A DNA stretch of 64,000 nt from Euglena gracilis. Its lineage: Eukaryota. Made by a program: the position numbers and the translations under genes. The notes below the pieces were generated by a model. It did no database searches. It was not told where the DNA came from and was given only the letters and a program-made list of their open reading frames with translations. The stretch covers positions 32,837,455 to 32,901,454 of the forward strand of contig CP154954.1 in NCBI GenBank assembly GCA_039621445.1, in the 5' to 3' direction. Positions 1-12,120 of this stretch are shown here, in pieces (position 1 is the stretch's first letter; each line of letters starts with the position of its first letter).

Positions 1-790
1 ATTGCGGGAAATTACAGAAATTGCGGAAAATTGCTGAAATTGCAGAAAAATTGCGGGTATCAATTTCCCCCCCCCTGCCCTGCCCCGGGTCCTGCAACGC
101 CAACCCCAGCCCGCCGGCCAGCTGCACGATCCCCGGCTGCGGCTACTCGCCCCCTCTTGGAGGGCGGGCCAGCCCCAGGGGGCAGGCCTGTCCCTCATCC
201 CCTCTGCCCCCTCTACACCGCCTCTGAGAACGCACTCGGCCTGCTGGGACCCGGGACCAACCCGTGCCGTTGCCCATGCCCGCTGCCGGGCAGCCGGTGT
301 CGGACGTGGCTCACCCCACTCATTCCCACCACCCCACCCCTGTACCACGCTCATCACGGAGCGGCATCCGGGCCCCGGGTAGGCCCCTTGAAGGCAGGGC
401 CATAGTGGCCCTGTCGACCTTGGGCATTGCAGTGATGTGGGGCACTTCTAATCCTAATCCTGATCCCACACCCCCCACACCCCCCACACCCCTCCCACAC
501 TTGACCAGTGTACGAGCCAGTTTTGCAATATATGGATGCCAGACATTTTCCAGTGGTGTTGGCTTGTTTTTGCTGATATTTAATTTCTCAATATGTTTTA
601 AAAAAAGCCATTGAAAAATTGCTAAAATGCCTGTGAAAAAATGGTCCTAACGTGTGAAATTTTCGGCCATGCCCAGGCCCCCACTTCCTCCCTGCTTTTG
701 GCCAGCAATTAGCCTAGAGGTGGTCTTTGGGGGGTGGGTTTTGACCAAAAAAAACTTCCTGTCTCGAGAGGACTGCACACCATGGCTCAC

Positions 791-3700
791 GGTCTGCCTG
801 TCGCAGCACATCGTCGTGGACATACCATTGCTTAGCGACCCGGGGGGGGGGGAGGGGGTCGCTTTCCACTCTGAAAAACCCAGTCAGTCACTTTACCCCC
901 CTTTACTTTACTTTACGGGGGGGGGGGATTGGCCACTCCTCAGGAGGCAATGAACATTTGCCAAAAAGTCTCAAAAAAATCCAAAAAAATTACAGCGCCT
1001 TCGGCGCCAGGCCACTCACATTTTCATTTTCGGGCCAACCCCACCCCCGGGGGGGGGGGGGCTCTTGGCGAAAAAAAACCAGTCAGTCACTCTGACTACT
1101 TTACCCGGGGGGTAAAGTAGGACAGGTGTTAAGCAATGGTATGGTCGTGGACCACGACGTCCACTTGGCCAGACACAATCGGGGACATGAAGAGTGGGAC
1201 CTCCCCCTCCCCTGTGGAAGAAGAAGGAAATACCCGTAATGAATAATTGTCGATCCATGTGTGCCGGGCTCGTATGCCACCACAATGCACCCCCTCCCGT
1301 GTCCGCCTAGCACTCAGGTCACAAAGGTTGCAGTTTGAACAGGGGGGCCGAACTTATTTGCGAAAACAGGACAAAGCCGGAAACGGTATTTTTAGGCTTT
1401 TCGGGGGGTTTCCCACAAGCATTGGCCGAAAGGACCTTCGTTGGCACCCTGCCGTAGCCAGTCCAGGATGAGCCCCTGCATCCCACACACCGGGTTTGAA
1501 CTTTGCCATCTTTTGGGATCCACAGACGTTGATGAGGATCGACTCCTCCTTGTTGGTGGACAACGGGCAGCGAAGGCCCCATCTGGCCACGGACCAAGTC
1601 TTGTGCAAAATTTGTCGAAACACATGTGATAGCAACGATTCCAGAGCCGAGGAACGCAAACAAACTTTGCGGCTGTCTGTGAACGTCCAGACAACGAAGC
1701 AGCCCGGTCAGGGGTGATATCAGCGTTGTCCGCTGGCGGGGAGTTCTGCGACGAATTCTTGAGAAAGTCTCTGCCACCCTGCAGTGAGCAATGGGCAGCA
1801 ATAATGGGGGGTGCGGGGGGGGGGGGAGGCGCAGTCCCCCCCCCCGGTTGCCCTAGGCCACCGGACCCCCCATTGGTGCCGTAGGCCTTGATAATGTCTG
1901 TCTGGGCTCCAGTTTTTCACAAAAAAAAGCTCAAAAATTTCAGGTTTTTGTGTTAGTGGTTTTTAGGGGGAGGGGGTGAAAAAAAATGCAAAGTCAAAAA
2001 ATTGGACCAAATTCTGGCACAGTCAAATTTTAATGACATTTTCACAATTTTTTGGATTTTCAAAGGCATTTTTTTTTTGCTTCAAAAACCTTTCAAAATC
2101 AAAACGGTGTGAAAAAATGCAGGTTTGGGGGGTTTTTGGGGGGACCTCCTACATGGTCCCAAAATGGGTCCCAAATACACCCGGCGCCTTTGGCGTTGGG
2201 AAAATTTTTGGGGGTCGAAAAACGAACAATGGGAAGGGGTGGTGGAGGGCCCCACCCATCATGCACGGGGTGGCCCCCCCCCGACCACCCTGGCTGTTTG
2301 GCCGATTCCCGTTCTGCCCTGGGGGTGTGGTGGGGGGTGTGGGGGGGGTGTGGTGTCGGGTGTGGGGGGGTGTGCAGGTAAATATCCAGTGTGGGCTCCA
2401 GTTTCTTGCAATGCCTCTCCAGATGAACACATGAACCGAACCCTGATTGACTTGCTGCTGTAATTCGACGTGGATGGGCAGACCATTTTGGGGGTGTTAA
2501 AAGGTTGTTCAAGGGGATTCCTGTTTTGGCCGTCGGAAATTTGCTTTGATTTTTGCCTCATTTCCAAGACATTCTGAAACCATCGTTTTGATTTTCCCAT
2601 AAATCCCTGATCTGAGTTATGGACATTTTCTGTTAGCACAACCCCAAATGCACCAGTTTGGGCCGGGTTTGACGACGCAGTCATTCCAGGCAAACGCTGT
2701 CCTGCGAACTGACGAAGCAGCGAACGAGACACGGTGATCGAAAGCATACCTCCAGCGAGCCCTTCACAAACGCACGATACTCCTCTGGGTTGCTGGCTGC
2801 AAGCTGGTCCCCTGCACCACCCCCTGGGCCGGGACTGGTTTGGCTGTCACTTTCCAAAACGATGTATGCTTTTTCGAGATGTTCCTTGGCGAGAAACAGA
2901 GTCAAAGAACGCAGGAAGTGGGGTTGGCCAATCCTGAGTTTGCAGTGCAAACACAGAACTGTTTTGTTCATCCACTTTGCACTTTTTTTTTCCCACTTTG
3001 CTCCCCTTTGTCGGGTGAATAGCGCCGGCCTGGCGGTCCCCAAATGGAGGGGATTCGGAAAGCCGGGATCTCAGGAACAGGAATAAAATTTTCGGGTTCA
3101 CCCCCACTGAGGCCAATGGGGGCGCCAATTTTTGCAAGATGCGCCTATTCCAAAATCGGCACAAAAGAACTGGAGAAAATTGGACTTTCTCAAAGTGCCG
3201 GGAAAAATTGTGGACAAAATTTTGTGCAGATTTTTTCCCATAACGATTTATCCCATTCAAGTCCCCCCCCCAAAAACCCCCCAGGGAGGGTTCAGCCAGC
3301 ACCTCTTTTCGGCAGGACCCCCTCGGCCCCCCCCCCCCGCGTTCTCATGAGGGGGACCCCCCTCATGAGAACTGTGGATTATCACCGTGCTGCCCTCTGG
3401 GGCCCTCTGGGAGAGGGCATTTCCAGACAACCAGGGGGGAGGGGCGACTCTATGTTGTGGCTCGATATTCTGGCAGAAAAAAGTCCCAAAATGTCCGCTA
3501 CACGAGCGGACATTTTGGGACTTTTTTCTGCCAGAATATCGATTCGTTTTATCGCTGAAAAATGTCCACAAAACGAGCCAAAACTGGGCCAAAATCTGCG
3601 GAAGAATGGGTCAGCAGAAAACAAAGTCATGGTTTGATGGGATCTTCCAAGGGCTTCGTTTGAGATAGCCGGACGTTTCCTTTTGGTTTTTTTTACAGTT

Positions 3701-4778
3701 GTGATTGTTCAAAAATATTTCGAGAATGGTGGGAATAAAAAAAATCACTAGAGCCCTGAAACCCTCTGCCAACTGCTGCGGCCCGAAAAAGGCATTATCA
3801 ACATTCATTTTTATAATTACAATTTACAACATTATGATATTATTGTAAACCCCCCCCAAATAATACCCCCTGGGGTATTATTTTTTCGCCCGAAGTCCCA
3901 GCCCGAGGGGGGGAGGTATTATTTGGGAGGGGTAATAGCACCCCAAAATTTTTCCAAATTTTTCGAAGTCCCGCAGAAGCCAAAATGGCGCCCTTTTGAC
4001 CCCCTTTGGGGCCAATTTTTGAGGTCAGATGATCCAGAAAAATCGATTTTTTTTGCAATTTGTTGTCAGAGATAGTGATTTTTACCTACATTTTCAGGTC
4101 AAAATCCGGGCCTTCGGCCCGAAATCAGGGGGGGGGGTATTATCCCGGTCGCCAAAGTCGGACCCCAAGGGGGGGGGTTATTTGGGGGGGGGGGGGAAGA
4201 CGCCTTGAAGACCCTCAAAAACCTTAAGGAACCGAATCAACTTTGGCCCAAAAAACCCTTAAAACGCCTTAAAATTGTCGTCCTGAATTTTTTTTGAATT
4301 TCGAGCAAAAAAGAAGTTGCAAAATCTCGGCAAAAACAGCCCACTCCAGAATAAAATGCTTTCTGGCATCGCTGAAACCAACACTCAAAAAGAAGGCGCT
4401 CTTGAACTGTTTGATTTTCAACCTGGGACCGACGTTGGTTTGATGCCCAGATGGCTCTTCGATCACCTTAAACCCCTTAAAAATTCTGAAAAATTCAAAA
4501 TGCCTTGAAAAAAAAACCCTGTAAAAAATTTGAAAATCTTCGCCTTAAAATGATGCCTGGTAGGGAGGTGCTGGTGGGAAAATTGGTGTTGAACCCCCTG
4601 GGGGGGGGGCGCCCTCCGGCTTAGAAATTCCTGGATCACCAACGTGCCCACAGTGCACCACTCCCAGCCCCACGACAGACAAGAATCCAGGCTGGATTGC
4701 GGTGCGACTGGGAAGGGGATGGTGGCGAAGGTACCGGAAGACCTCTTGCCCGACGAAGTCCGACCCAGGGACGTTCAT
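791..4778 (-). CDS. PIH1-domain protein, PIH1D2-like (R2TP/R2SP co-chaperone family); multi-exon, 3' end unresolved
   Basis: Hand-joined exons 4778-4728, 2809-2750, ~1779-1688, ~1577-1491, 1211-1147 and 815-~791 give MNVPGSDFVGQEVFRYL|DQLAASNPEEYRAFVKGSLE|GGRDFLK...ITPDRAAS|(C)LRCPLSTNKEESILINVCGSQKMAKFKPG|EGEVPLFMSPIVSGQVDVVVH|DDVLRQAD. This follows the PIH1D2 motif order as I recall it: LDDMAQSDPEGYEKFI, LFINLC, VPL, IDVAYNPDVL. Introns are both GT-AG and non-conventional. Further exons below 791 are likely but were not resolved. Confidence 0.7.
821..1143. mobile_element. hAT-like MITE inserted in the PIH1 coding sequence; predicted to be a non-conventional intron (minus strand 1146-816)
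   Basis: Perfect 14-bp TIR CATACCATTGCTTA at 821-834 and 1130-1143. Perfect 8-bp TSD GTCGTGGA at 813-820 and 1144-1151. Removing the element plus one TSD copy restores VDVVVH|DDVLRQ in frame. Confidence 0.85.
3462..3542. repeat. Perfect inverted repeat (38-bp arms, 5-nt loop) within PIH1 intron 1
   Basis: TCGATATTCTGGCAGAAAAAAGTCCCAAAATGTCCGCT, then ACACG, then the exact reverse complement. Confidence 0.9.
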
Positions 4779-5587
4779 CGCCCTAGTCTGCCATGAAGGC
4801 ACATCTGGAGAAAATGCAAGGGATGTCGTCCAGCTGTAAACCCCCCAAAATAACCTGGCGGGGCCCTTTCTCCTGCCGGGGGCCGATTAACCTGGTGGGG
4901 CGAGGGGCAAGAAAGATGGTTCCAGCAACCTGGCACCCCCCTTTTTAGGCGAAATTCCTTTATGGTGCTGCAAAAAGGGCCCAAATAACCTGGCGGGGGG
5001 GGGGGGCAGGGCCAAAAGTTGGTTCCAATAACCTGGCACCCCGCCATGGCATTTGGGGGTTTACAATCGGGGGTGGTCGTACACCCCTTACCTGCAACCC
5101 CCGACCGGGGGGGGGGGGGGGTCGTTGTGTAGGGGTAGGCGGGAGGGGGGAGAAATGGGGGAAAGGGGTCGAACCGGGGACATAATATTGTTTTTGACCC
5201 CAAATTTGCCCAGGCCAGCCTAAATCTGACCCATTTTGCCCATTCTTGGCCCATTTTTTGCAGACCTGAAAACGAAAAATCAGTTGTCGTATGGCCACCC
5301 TTCCGGCGGGCTGGACTCAGGGGCGCCTTAAAACCCCTGAAAAACCTTAAAAAAAGACCTTGAGGTTTTTGGCCAAGATGCCTTAAAAAGGTAAAAAAAA
5401 AACCATTAAAAGCCTGGAAAAAACACTCCTGGCAAAATAGCCGAAATCCAAGCAAAAAAGAAGTCGCATAACCTCGGCAAAAATAAACGAGTTCCGGAGA
5501 AAAAACGAATAGCTGCGGACCACGGACCAGTGATGGTTCAAAACACAATAGCTCGAGAGGGCCTTGAAGAACAAAGGTTGGCATTTC

Positions 5588-5643
5588 AGCCGAAACAGTT
5601 GGGTTTAGGCTGCTTAGCCGAAACAGTTGGGTTTAGGCTGCTT
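5588..5643. repeat. Two-copy ~29-bp tandem duplication
   Basis: AGCCGAAACAGTTGGGTTTAGGCTGCTT occurs twice in tandem. Confidence 0.85.
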
Positions 5644-6021
5644 TACCAACCCGGGGAGGTGCCCGGTGTTGTGGGGTGCCTGCCACAGATGGCACACCCC
5701 CCGGGGGGTCAGTCGACCAAACAAGCAAACGAGAACTGGTGTGGGCAATGCTGGCCCCAGCATCAGGGAACAGGATAGAGTACACCAATACAGGTTGGTG
5801 GTGAGTGAGTGCCAAAAAACACTGCGAACCAGGACCTGAAAATCGCACCGGGTCATCAACGGTTACAGAGCTGCGGTGCAGTGGATCGGAGACCAGGTCA
5901 TAGAAGGCGGCCGCCTCAACTGGCACAAGGATGCGAACCTTGGCACCGCCAGGCAGACCCGAGCCGTGTGAGGCCAGAGTCGGGAAACGTCGTCGGGAGA
6001 CGCTGCGCCGCACCGCTGACC

Positions 6022-9000
6022 TCACCAGTCGTCGTCCTCCGCCACCTTCCGCTTGACGACTATGCTGGGGCCGGTGGAGCCCCCGCCGCCGCCGCCGATC
6101 TGCTCCAGGAGGGTGATGAGCTGGTCCTCCTCCACTGGGGGGCCCTGACAGCCCCCACTCCCCGCCGCCGCCAGGGCACGGATGCATCGCCCTCCGGTTC
6201 ACACGCACAGACCCAAACGCACCATACAACCCCAACCCCAAATATTATTACATATAAAATAGTAAACAAATAGTTATAATAAAAAACACATATGACATAC
6301 AATATTCAATAGTGTGTGCACCACACACACCACCCCCTCCGGCTCATTGGCCTGGCCACGTTGGCATCCTGCCCGGGTCAAACTTGGGAGGCCGACGTCA
6401 CTTGGGGTGGCGGCGAGCTCCATCCATCGATGCACCGCAAACATGGTCGCCGCCAAACCGCCACCCAAACCAAAGCCAGGGCTGGGCGGAGCTGACCGCG
6501 GGAGACGGCCTGGAGGAGGAGGTTCTCGACTTGCCGGGCCTTGTCGGGCTTCACGGTGGAAATGCGGCCGAGCCGCTCTCGAGCCTCAGGGGAGAGGACG
6601 GCCAATGGCAGGGCGGCCTCGCAGTGTGTTTCAAATGGCATTCCAGGTCCGTTCACCAACTGATCTGTACTAATGCCAAACGTAAGCGTTGCTAATAAAC
6701 CCCATCGTTTACACTGACGGGTCGGTATGTCACCTTTCTTTCTTGAAATCCTGGGGAGGGGGGTCAGTAAAAATGGGTCAAGATACTCGACTGGAGGGGG
6801 GGGAAGGGACGAGGCAGCGTGCATTCATCCTGTCCCCTGTCCCTAATAAACAAAAGTCCATCGGTTTGCGTTTTGCCAAAATAGACATTGGGGTGAGCCT
6901 GAGTGCTTTGTTGTGTTTATCCCTGTGTTTTCTTGTGCTTACCTTGCTGTGCACCGGTGCAAAAGAGGGGGTCGGTGTAGATGGATTTCTTCTGATTTTT
7001 CTGTGGTCGGCCGGGGTCGATCTAAATGGGTTCTCCAAAAATTGGGTTTTATTGTTGGGCTCGTTGCTAGAACCTGTAGGAGTCTTGCCTTTTGGGGCCT
7101 AATTTGCCTTTTCTGACTTACTTTGTACATTGTATCGTGCATTTTCCCTCGACCAACCGGGCCCAGAATACCATCGTTTTATCCAAAAAAGAATAAACTT
7201 CCTCCATATACTTATTAAAAAAGACTCCATAAACTTCCTCCAAAAAAGGCTAAAAATAAACTTCCTTGGACATGTCAGACCATCATACTTTAAAAATAGG
7301 GGCCCACCAGCCTCGGTGGGGGGGGTGTAGGGGGGGTGTTGGGGGGGATGTGGGCGGGGGGTGTGGTGGGTGTGGGGGCGAATTTGCTAGTGGAGGCGCC
7401 AATTTTTGCAACACCTGCACCGCCGAAGGCGGCTGTCCCTCTAAATTTAATATCCCTGCCAGCATCACCGCACCAAGAAACACTTCGTGCCAATTTGCGC
7501 AGCCTTGGGAGCTGGCTTGCACTGTCCCGACCCCAGACTGAATGCAACGTGCAACGAAAGCTACCCACCGCCGAGCGGAGGCGGGGGCCCTGGGGAGCAG
7601 CATGGACTTCCGCTTCTCCTCCTGCTCCTGCTGCTGCTCCTGCTGCAGCTGTTGCTGCTCCACCTGCTGCTGGAACGGCGCCAGGGTCCGCGTCGGGGAG
7701 GCGGGTGGGGCTGGGTAGGAAGGCCGGGGGGGGGGGGGGCTGGTCGACCTCTCCCCACACCCAAGAGGTGTGGGAAAGGATGACCGCCCACCCACCAAAA
7801 TTGCAATTTGCAGAGAAAAAATCTGCTGGCGCTGAAGGAAAACGTTGACCAAAAACCGGCGCCCCTAGATATGAGAAGGGATCACTGCCCATTGCCCACC
7901 CCTTGGGCTATTGATCCGGTGAGGTTCCGCCAAAGCCCTCTGGGCATCAACTGTCCCCAAGCCTCCTTGGAGGTTGACTGTCACCCACCGGTCAAAAAAT
8001 GTTTCATGGAATCTTCTCCAGAGTATCCTGCACATATGCCAACCGCCAGGGGGGCTTCCAAAAACCAGCCACCCCCTCCCCCAAGGGGGGTCGGCCACTC
8101 TGGAATCCAAGCAGGGGGTATTGTTTTCATTAGTTTTCAAATTTTAACTATTTTAATGGTGCCTTTAAAATACTTGGCCGAAATCCCTTAAAAAATCTGA
8201 AAAAATCATTCTGGGAATTTTTTTGAAATTCGAGCTTAAAATGAAGGGCGCAAAAATCTCGGCAAGAAACAAACCAATTCCAGGAAAAGGCGATTTCTGG
8301 CATTTCGCTGGAACATTCTCCGTCCACCCAAACCCGAAATAATGGGATTTTCGACATTTTTGATTTTGTGCCCGGTTCGATGCCAGGATGGACCTGGATT
8401 TCCCTTGTAAAATGGACCTTAAAACTTCAAAAAACGTCTTAAAAACCTTGAAGGAAATAGAAAATTTCTTAAGAAATAATATCCCTGAACCCAAGAGAGA
8501 TTTCACAACAAACTTGAAAAAAGTAAAACCTTTTTTCCCGGCGCCTTCGGTGCCAAATCAAGTGGGGTTTTCTGTTGACCCCCTGGGGGGGGGGGGAGGG
8601 AATCCGGGCCAAAACCAGTTAGTCACGCTGAAAAAATCAGTCACCCACCCCCCCAGAGGGAGTCAGCCAGTGACTAAGTCATTGTGTCTTTGACAGCAAC
8701 CTCCTGGAGGCCTGGGCGTCGCTTAACGCCGCCCCCCCCCCCCCGAGAGGTTCCACCTCAGAGGAATTGGAAAATCAGGGTTGGCTGGAATAAGACTGCT
8801 GGCTGATCTTCAGGGATATTTCTTTTCAGGACCATGAAGACCCACCCGGGGGCACTCCCCCCCACAGGGGAGGGGGGGAAGGAATTCCAGGGGACCTCCT
8901 TTTGGGGTCAATTCTGGAAGGAAATAATTAAAAGGAGGGTGCCCCCACCGTGGAGCGGGTTTGCGGACCAACCTTTTAAGAATCCCTCCCCCACCACCCC

Positions 9001-9286
9001 CATGGGAGGGTGGGAATTGGCCCAACTCGCAGTCGAACCAGACACCAAAGATTGAAACCCAAATGCAAACACCAAAAATGCAAACAAATGCGAATTATGC
9101 AAAAAAATGAGTTTTAGCCCCAACTTCGAGCTGGAGAACCTGTTGTGTCCCGTTTTTGCCATTTTTGGGGGGTCAAAATTCTACAACCGACCAGCTGCCC
9201 TTCCCTTCAGCAAGCTAAATAAATGCAAATCTGGTCCCCCGAAAAAGAACCCTGGACGCGGCATGGGTGTCCGCGTCGACGGGCAT
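6022..9286 (-). CDS. PDCD5: Programmed cell death protein 5 (PDCD5/TFAR19 family), ~115 aa, 4 exons, all 3 introns non-conventional
   Basis: Exons 9286-9258, 7676-7596, 6603-6488 and 6143-6022 (348 nt) give MPVDADTHAAFQQQVEQQQLQQEQQQEQEEKRKSMLLAVLSPEARERLGRISTVKPDKARQVENLLLQAVSRGQLRPPVEEDQLITLLEQIGGGGGGSTGPSIVVKRKVAEDDDW*. The PDCD5 signature L...ARERL..I..VKP.KA..VEN.L.Q....GQL is clear. Alternative in-frame ATGs lie at 9292 and 9298. Confidence 0.9.
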
Positions 9287-10634
9287 ATTCATTTTCATGG
9301 TGGTTTGCCTGGGGTGGGCCAGCACAGGACACTCAACAGTGGTTGTGTGTTCTTCTGTCCTGTCACCATGCAGGCGTCATGGACGTAGGGTGCAAAAAGA
9401 GTGCATTGCTTTCAAAAGGTCACACATCCCAGAACAATTCTGCCTTGCCGATGCACACAAGAGAGATGCTGGGACAAAATTATTCTTTTTAAGGACTGCC
9501 CTGCAGAGCTGTGAAAGTAGTCTGTTGCACATTCATTTCAATCACAACTATGTGTCAATTGCGACCCTTCCAATGAAAGATACACACACACACACACAAA
9601 ATGGCCATATTTTGGCAAAAAAAAGGAAACGTATTTCTGGCATCCTTGGACCATCCGCCATTTACCCTTGTTGTTTTCGGCTTCTTTTGTTTATTGATCT
9701 TGTTTGAGACCCCGGAGCAGCCGTTGGGTGCCCTATGACCCACCACAACCAACCCATGGTCCACCACTGGTTTCATGTTTGGCCCCAAGGGGGCCGATCC
9801 AGGGGGAGGGAGGTCCTTAAAGAATAAAAAAAACAGTATAGAATTCTGCAGTCCCAGCACACTCAACCAAAGGCACACAGGAAGAGGTTGAAAAATGACC
9901 ATTTTCGGTTAAAATAGGTCAACATTTGGGGGGAAATGATTCCTGCAACCTTGGATCATCGCCCATCCACTCAAAACGTCCATAAAAACACGTCCCTTGC
10001 GTTCAGGGGTGGGGGTTGCGGCTTCAGGTGTGCCCAGAAAGGGCGCAGAAAAAGTCTGCCGCTGCGCTGTTACAGAGGGATTTTCATGGGACTCCTTCAA
10101 TTGGGTTTTCAGCACACTGTGAGGTTTGCGGCATTTTGTTGGCATGATGTTTTTGTGTTTCATCACCATTTTTGGTGGTTTGAATGTAACCCACCCTGAA
10201 TATAAGCAACCGGTTGCTCGTATCTGGGTTTCCAAAATCTGCCTGTTGGGGCTTTTTATATATGTTTTTTATAGTTTTTATATTTTTTTTTATTTGGCTA
10301 ACGCGGCTTTTTTCTGCCATTCCAATGCATCATAATGAAAACCAACCAACCAACCAACCAACCAACCAACCTAATGCAAACTCCTGCACAGCCAGTCAGG
10401 GGTTGCTTGTGTTTGGATGTCGGCCCATAGCCGACCAAAGGGTTGCTGATATTTGGGCTGATAGGGAGGGGATGGTTATATGTGGGGTGGGTGGTTGGCC
10501 CCAAATGGACGGGGTTACGGACGTGGAGGGTTATGATTTGCGGGGTTTATTTGAAGGGGGCAGCTGCGGACCGCTTTTCTGGTACATTTTGGAATGATGG
10601 AGATCCGGCACTTCTGGGGGCCCGGTTGGGTTGG

Positions 10635-12120
10635 ATGGGAATCTCTGGGGGGGGGGGTGGGGGGACCCCCCTTCCGAAACTAGGGGGGGGGGGTGGGGGG
10701 ACCTCCCCCCGCCTACCTCCAGTTTTCGGTGGCCGAAAATTTCGGCCGTTTATTGGGGTTAAAAGAACAATTTTTCTGAAATTTCTCAAAAATGGTGAGG
10801 AATCAGAGGAGATGTCAGGAGATCAAATTGAAGCCCTCAAAATGCCCTATCTAACAGTATTTTGATTTCCACGCAACTCCCCGCCTGTCCCGAGTTATGG
10901 CCATTTTTGGCCATTTTGCCAAAATTTCATGTTAAGCCTCAAGAGGGTCCTAAAAATACATACCTGGTGCGAAGCGCCGGAAATTTTTTTTTGCCCCCAC
11001 AGAGGAGGGGGAGGGGGGTGGGGAACCCCCTTCCGAAACCAGGTTTTGAATAGTGCTGAGCTCTTTACCTTGCGCGGATTTAGACTGTAAAACGGAAAAC
11101 GTGGCTCGGACGCTAGGCAGAGGAGGGGACCGGGGGGGGGGGTCGAAAAACGCTCATTTTCAGCTCAAAAACAGGTTTTCCGGGTCCGGGAGGCCAAAAA
11201 ACATCGTTTCGGACAAAAATTTTTTCGATTTTTTTTCGACTTTTTTGACCCGTTTTTGATCCAAAGTTAATGGGTTGGCGGCCAAAAACGGGGGGCCGGG
11301 GGTCCAAAAACACTCATTTTCGGCTCAAAAACAGTTTTTCCGGGTCCTGGAAGCCAAAAAAATGGTTTTGGGCAAAAATTTTCCGATTTTTTCGATTTTT
11401 GACCCAAAAAAATGGCCGAAAACGGCCAAGTCAAACAGGCTAAAACTGTACAAAATGGCCAAAACGGGCCGGAAAATGGCCGTAACTCGGGCTAGGCGGG
11501 GAGTTGCGGGGGAATCAAAATACGGTTAGATAGGGGGTTCTAAGGGCTTCAAATTAGGTCTCCGGACATTTCTTTTATTCCCCACCACTTTCGAGAATTT
11601 TTAGAAAATTTGATTTTCTGACCCCAAAAACGGGCCGAAAACGGCTAAGTCACAAGCCTGCTGCACTGTTTTGGGCCGTAAATCGGACATATTTCGGGCG
11701 AGGCGGAGAGTTGCGGGAAAATCAAAATACGGTTAGATAGGGCGTTCCAAGGGCTTCAATTTGGTCTCCGGACATTTCCTTTGATTTTGCTTCATTTTCG
11801 AGATATTTTGAAAACATCGATTTTTTGACCCCGAAAACAGCCCCTGAAAAAGGCCAAAATTGGCTGAAAAATGGCCATAACTCGGGCTAGACGAACAGCT
11901 GGGGGAAAAGTAAACCATGGTTGGATAGGGCATTCCAAGGGCTTCATTTTTGCTCTCCGGACATTTTCTTTGATTTTGCTTCATTGTTGAGATATTTTGA
12001 AAAAACCTATTTTTTTGGCCCAAAAAATGGCCCGAAAATGCCCAAAACGCCCAAAAAGAAAATGGCCATTTTGGGCCGCAAAAGCACGCCGGAACACGAG
12101 CCAGGCCTGTCGGTGGCCAA
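10635..12120. repeat. Composite dispersed repeat with internal ~190-230-bp tandem and inverted subunits
   Basis: The AAATCAAAATACGGTTAGATAGGG...AAGGGCTTCAA unit recurs at ~11513, ~11720 and (degenerate) ~11910. It is inverted at ~10830-10870. Related copies lie at ~54350-55060 and ~61520-61830. Confidence 0.65.

Noticed and set aside
1447-1477. Mini-exon GLILDWLRQG bounded by AG and GT
   Set aside because: The direct join INVCGSQKMAKFKPG|EGEVPL fits PIH1 spacing better. Alternative splicing is not excluded.
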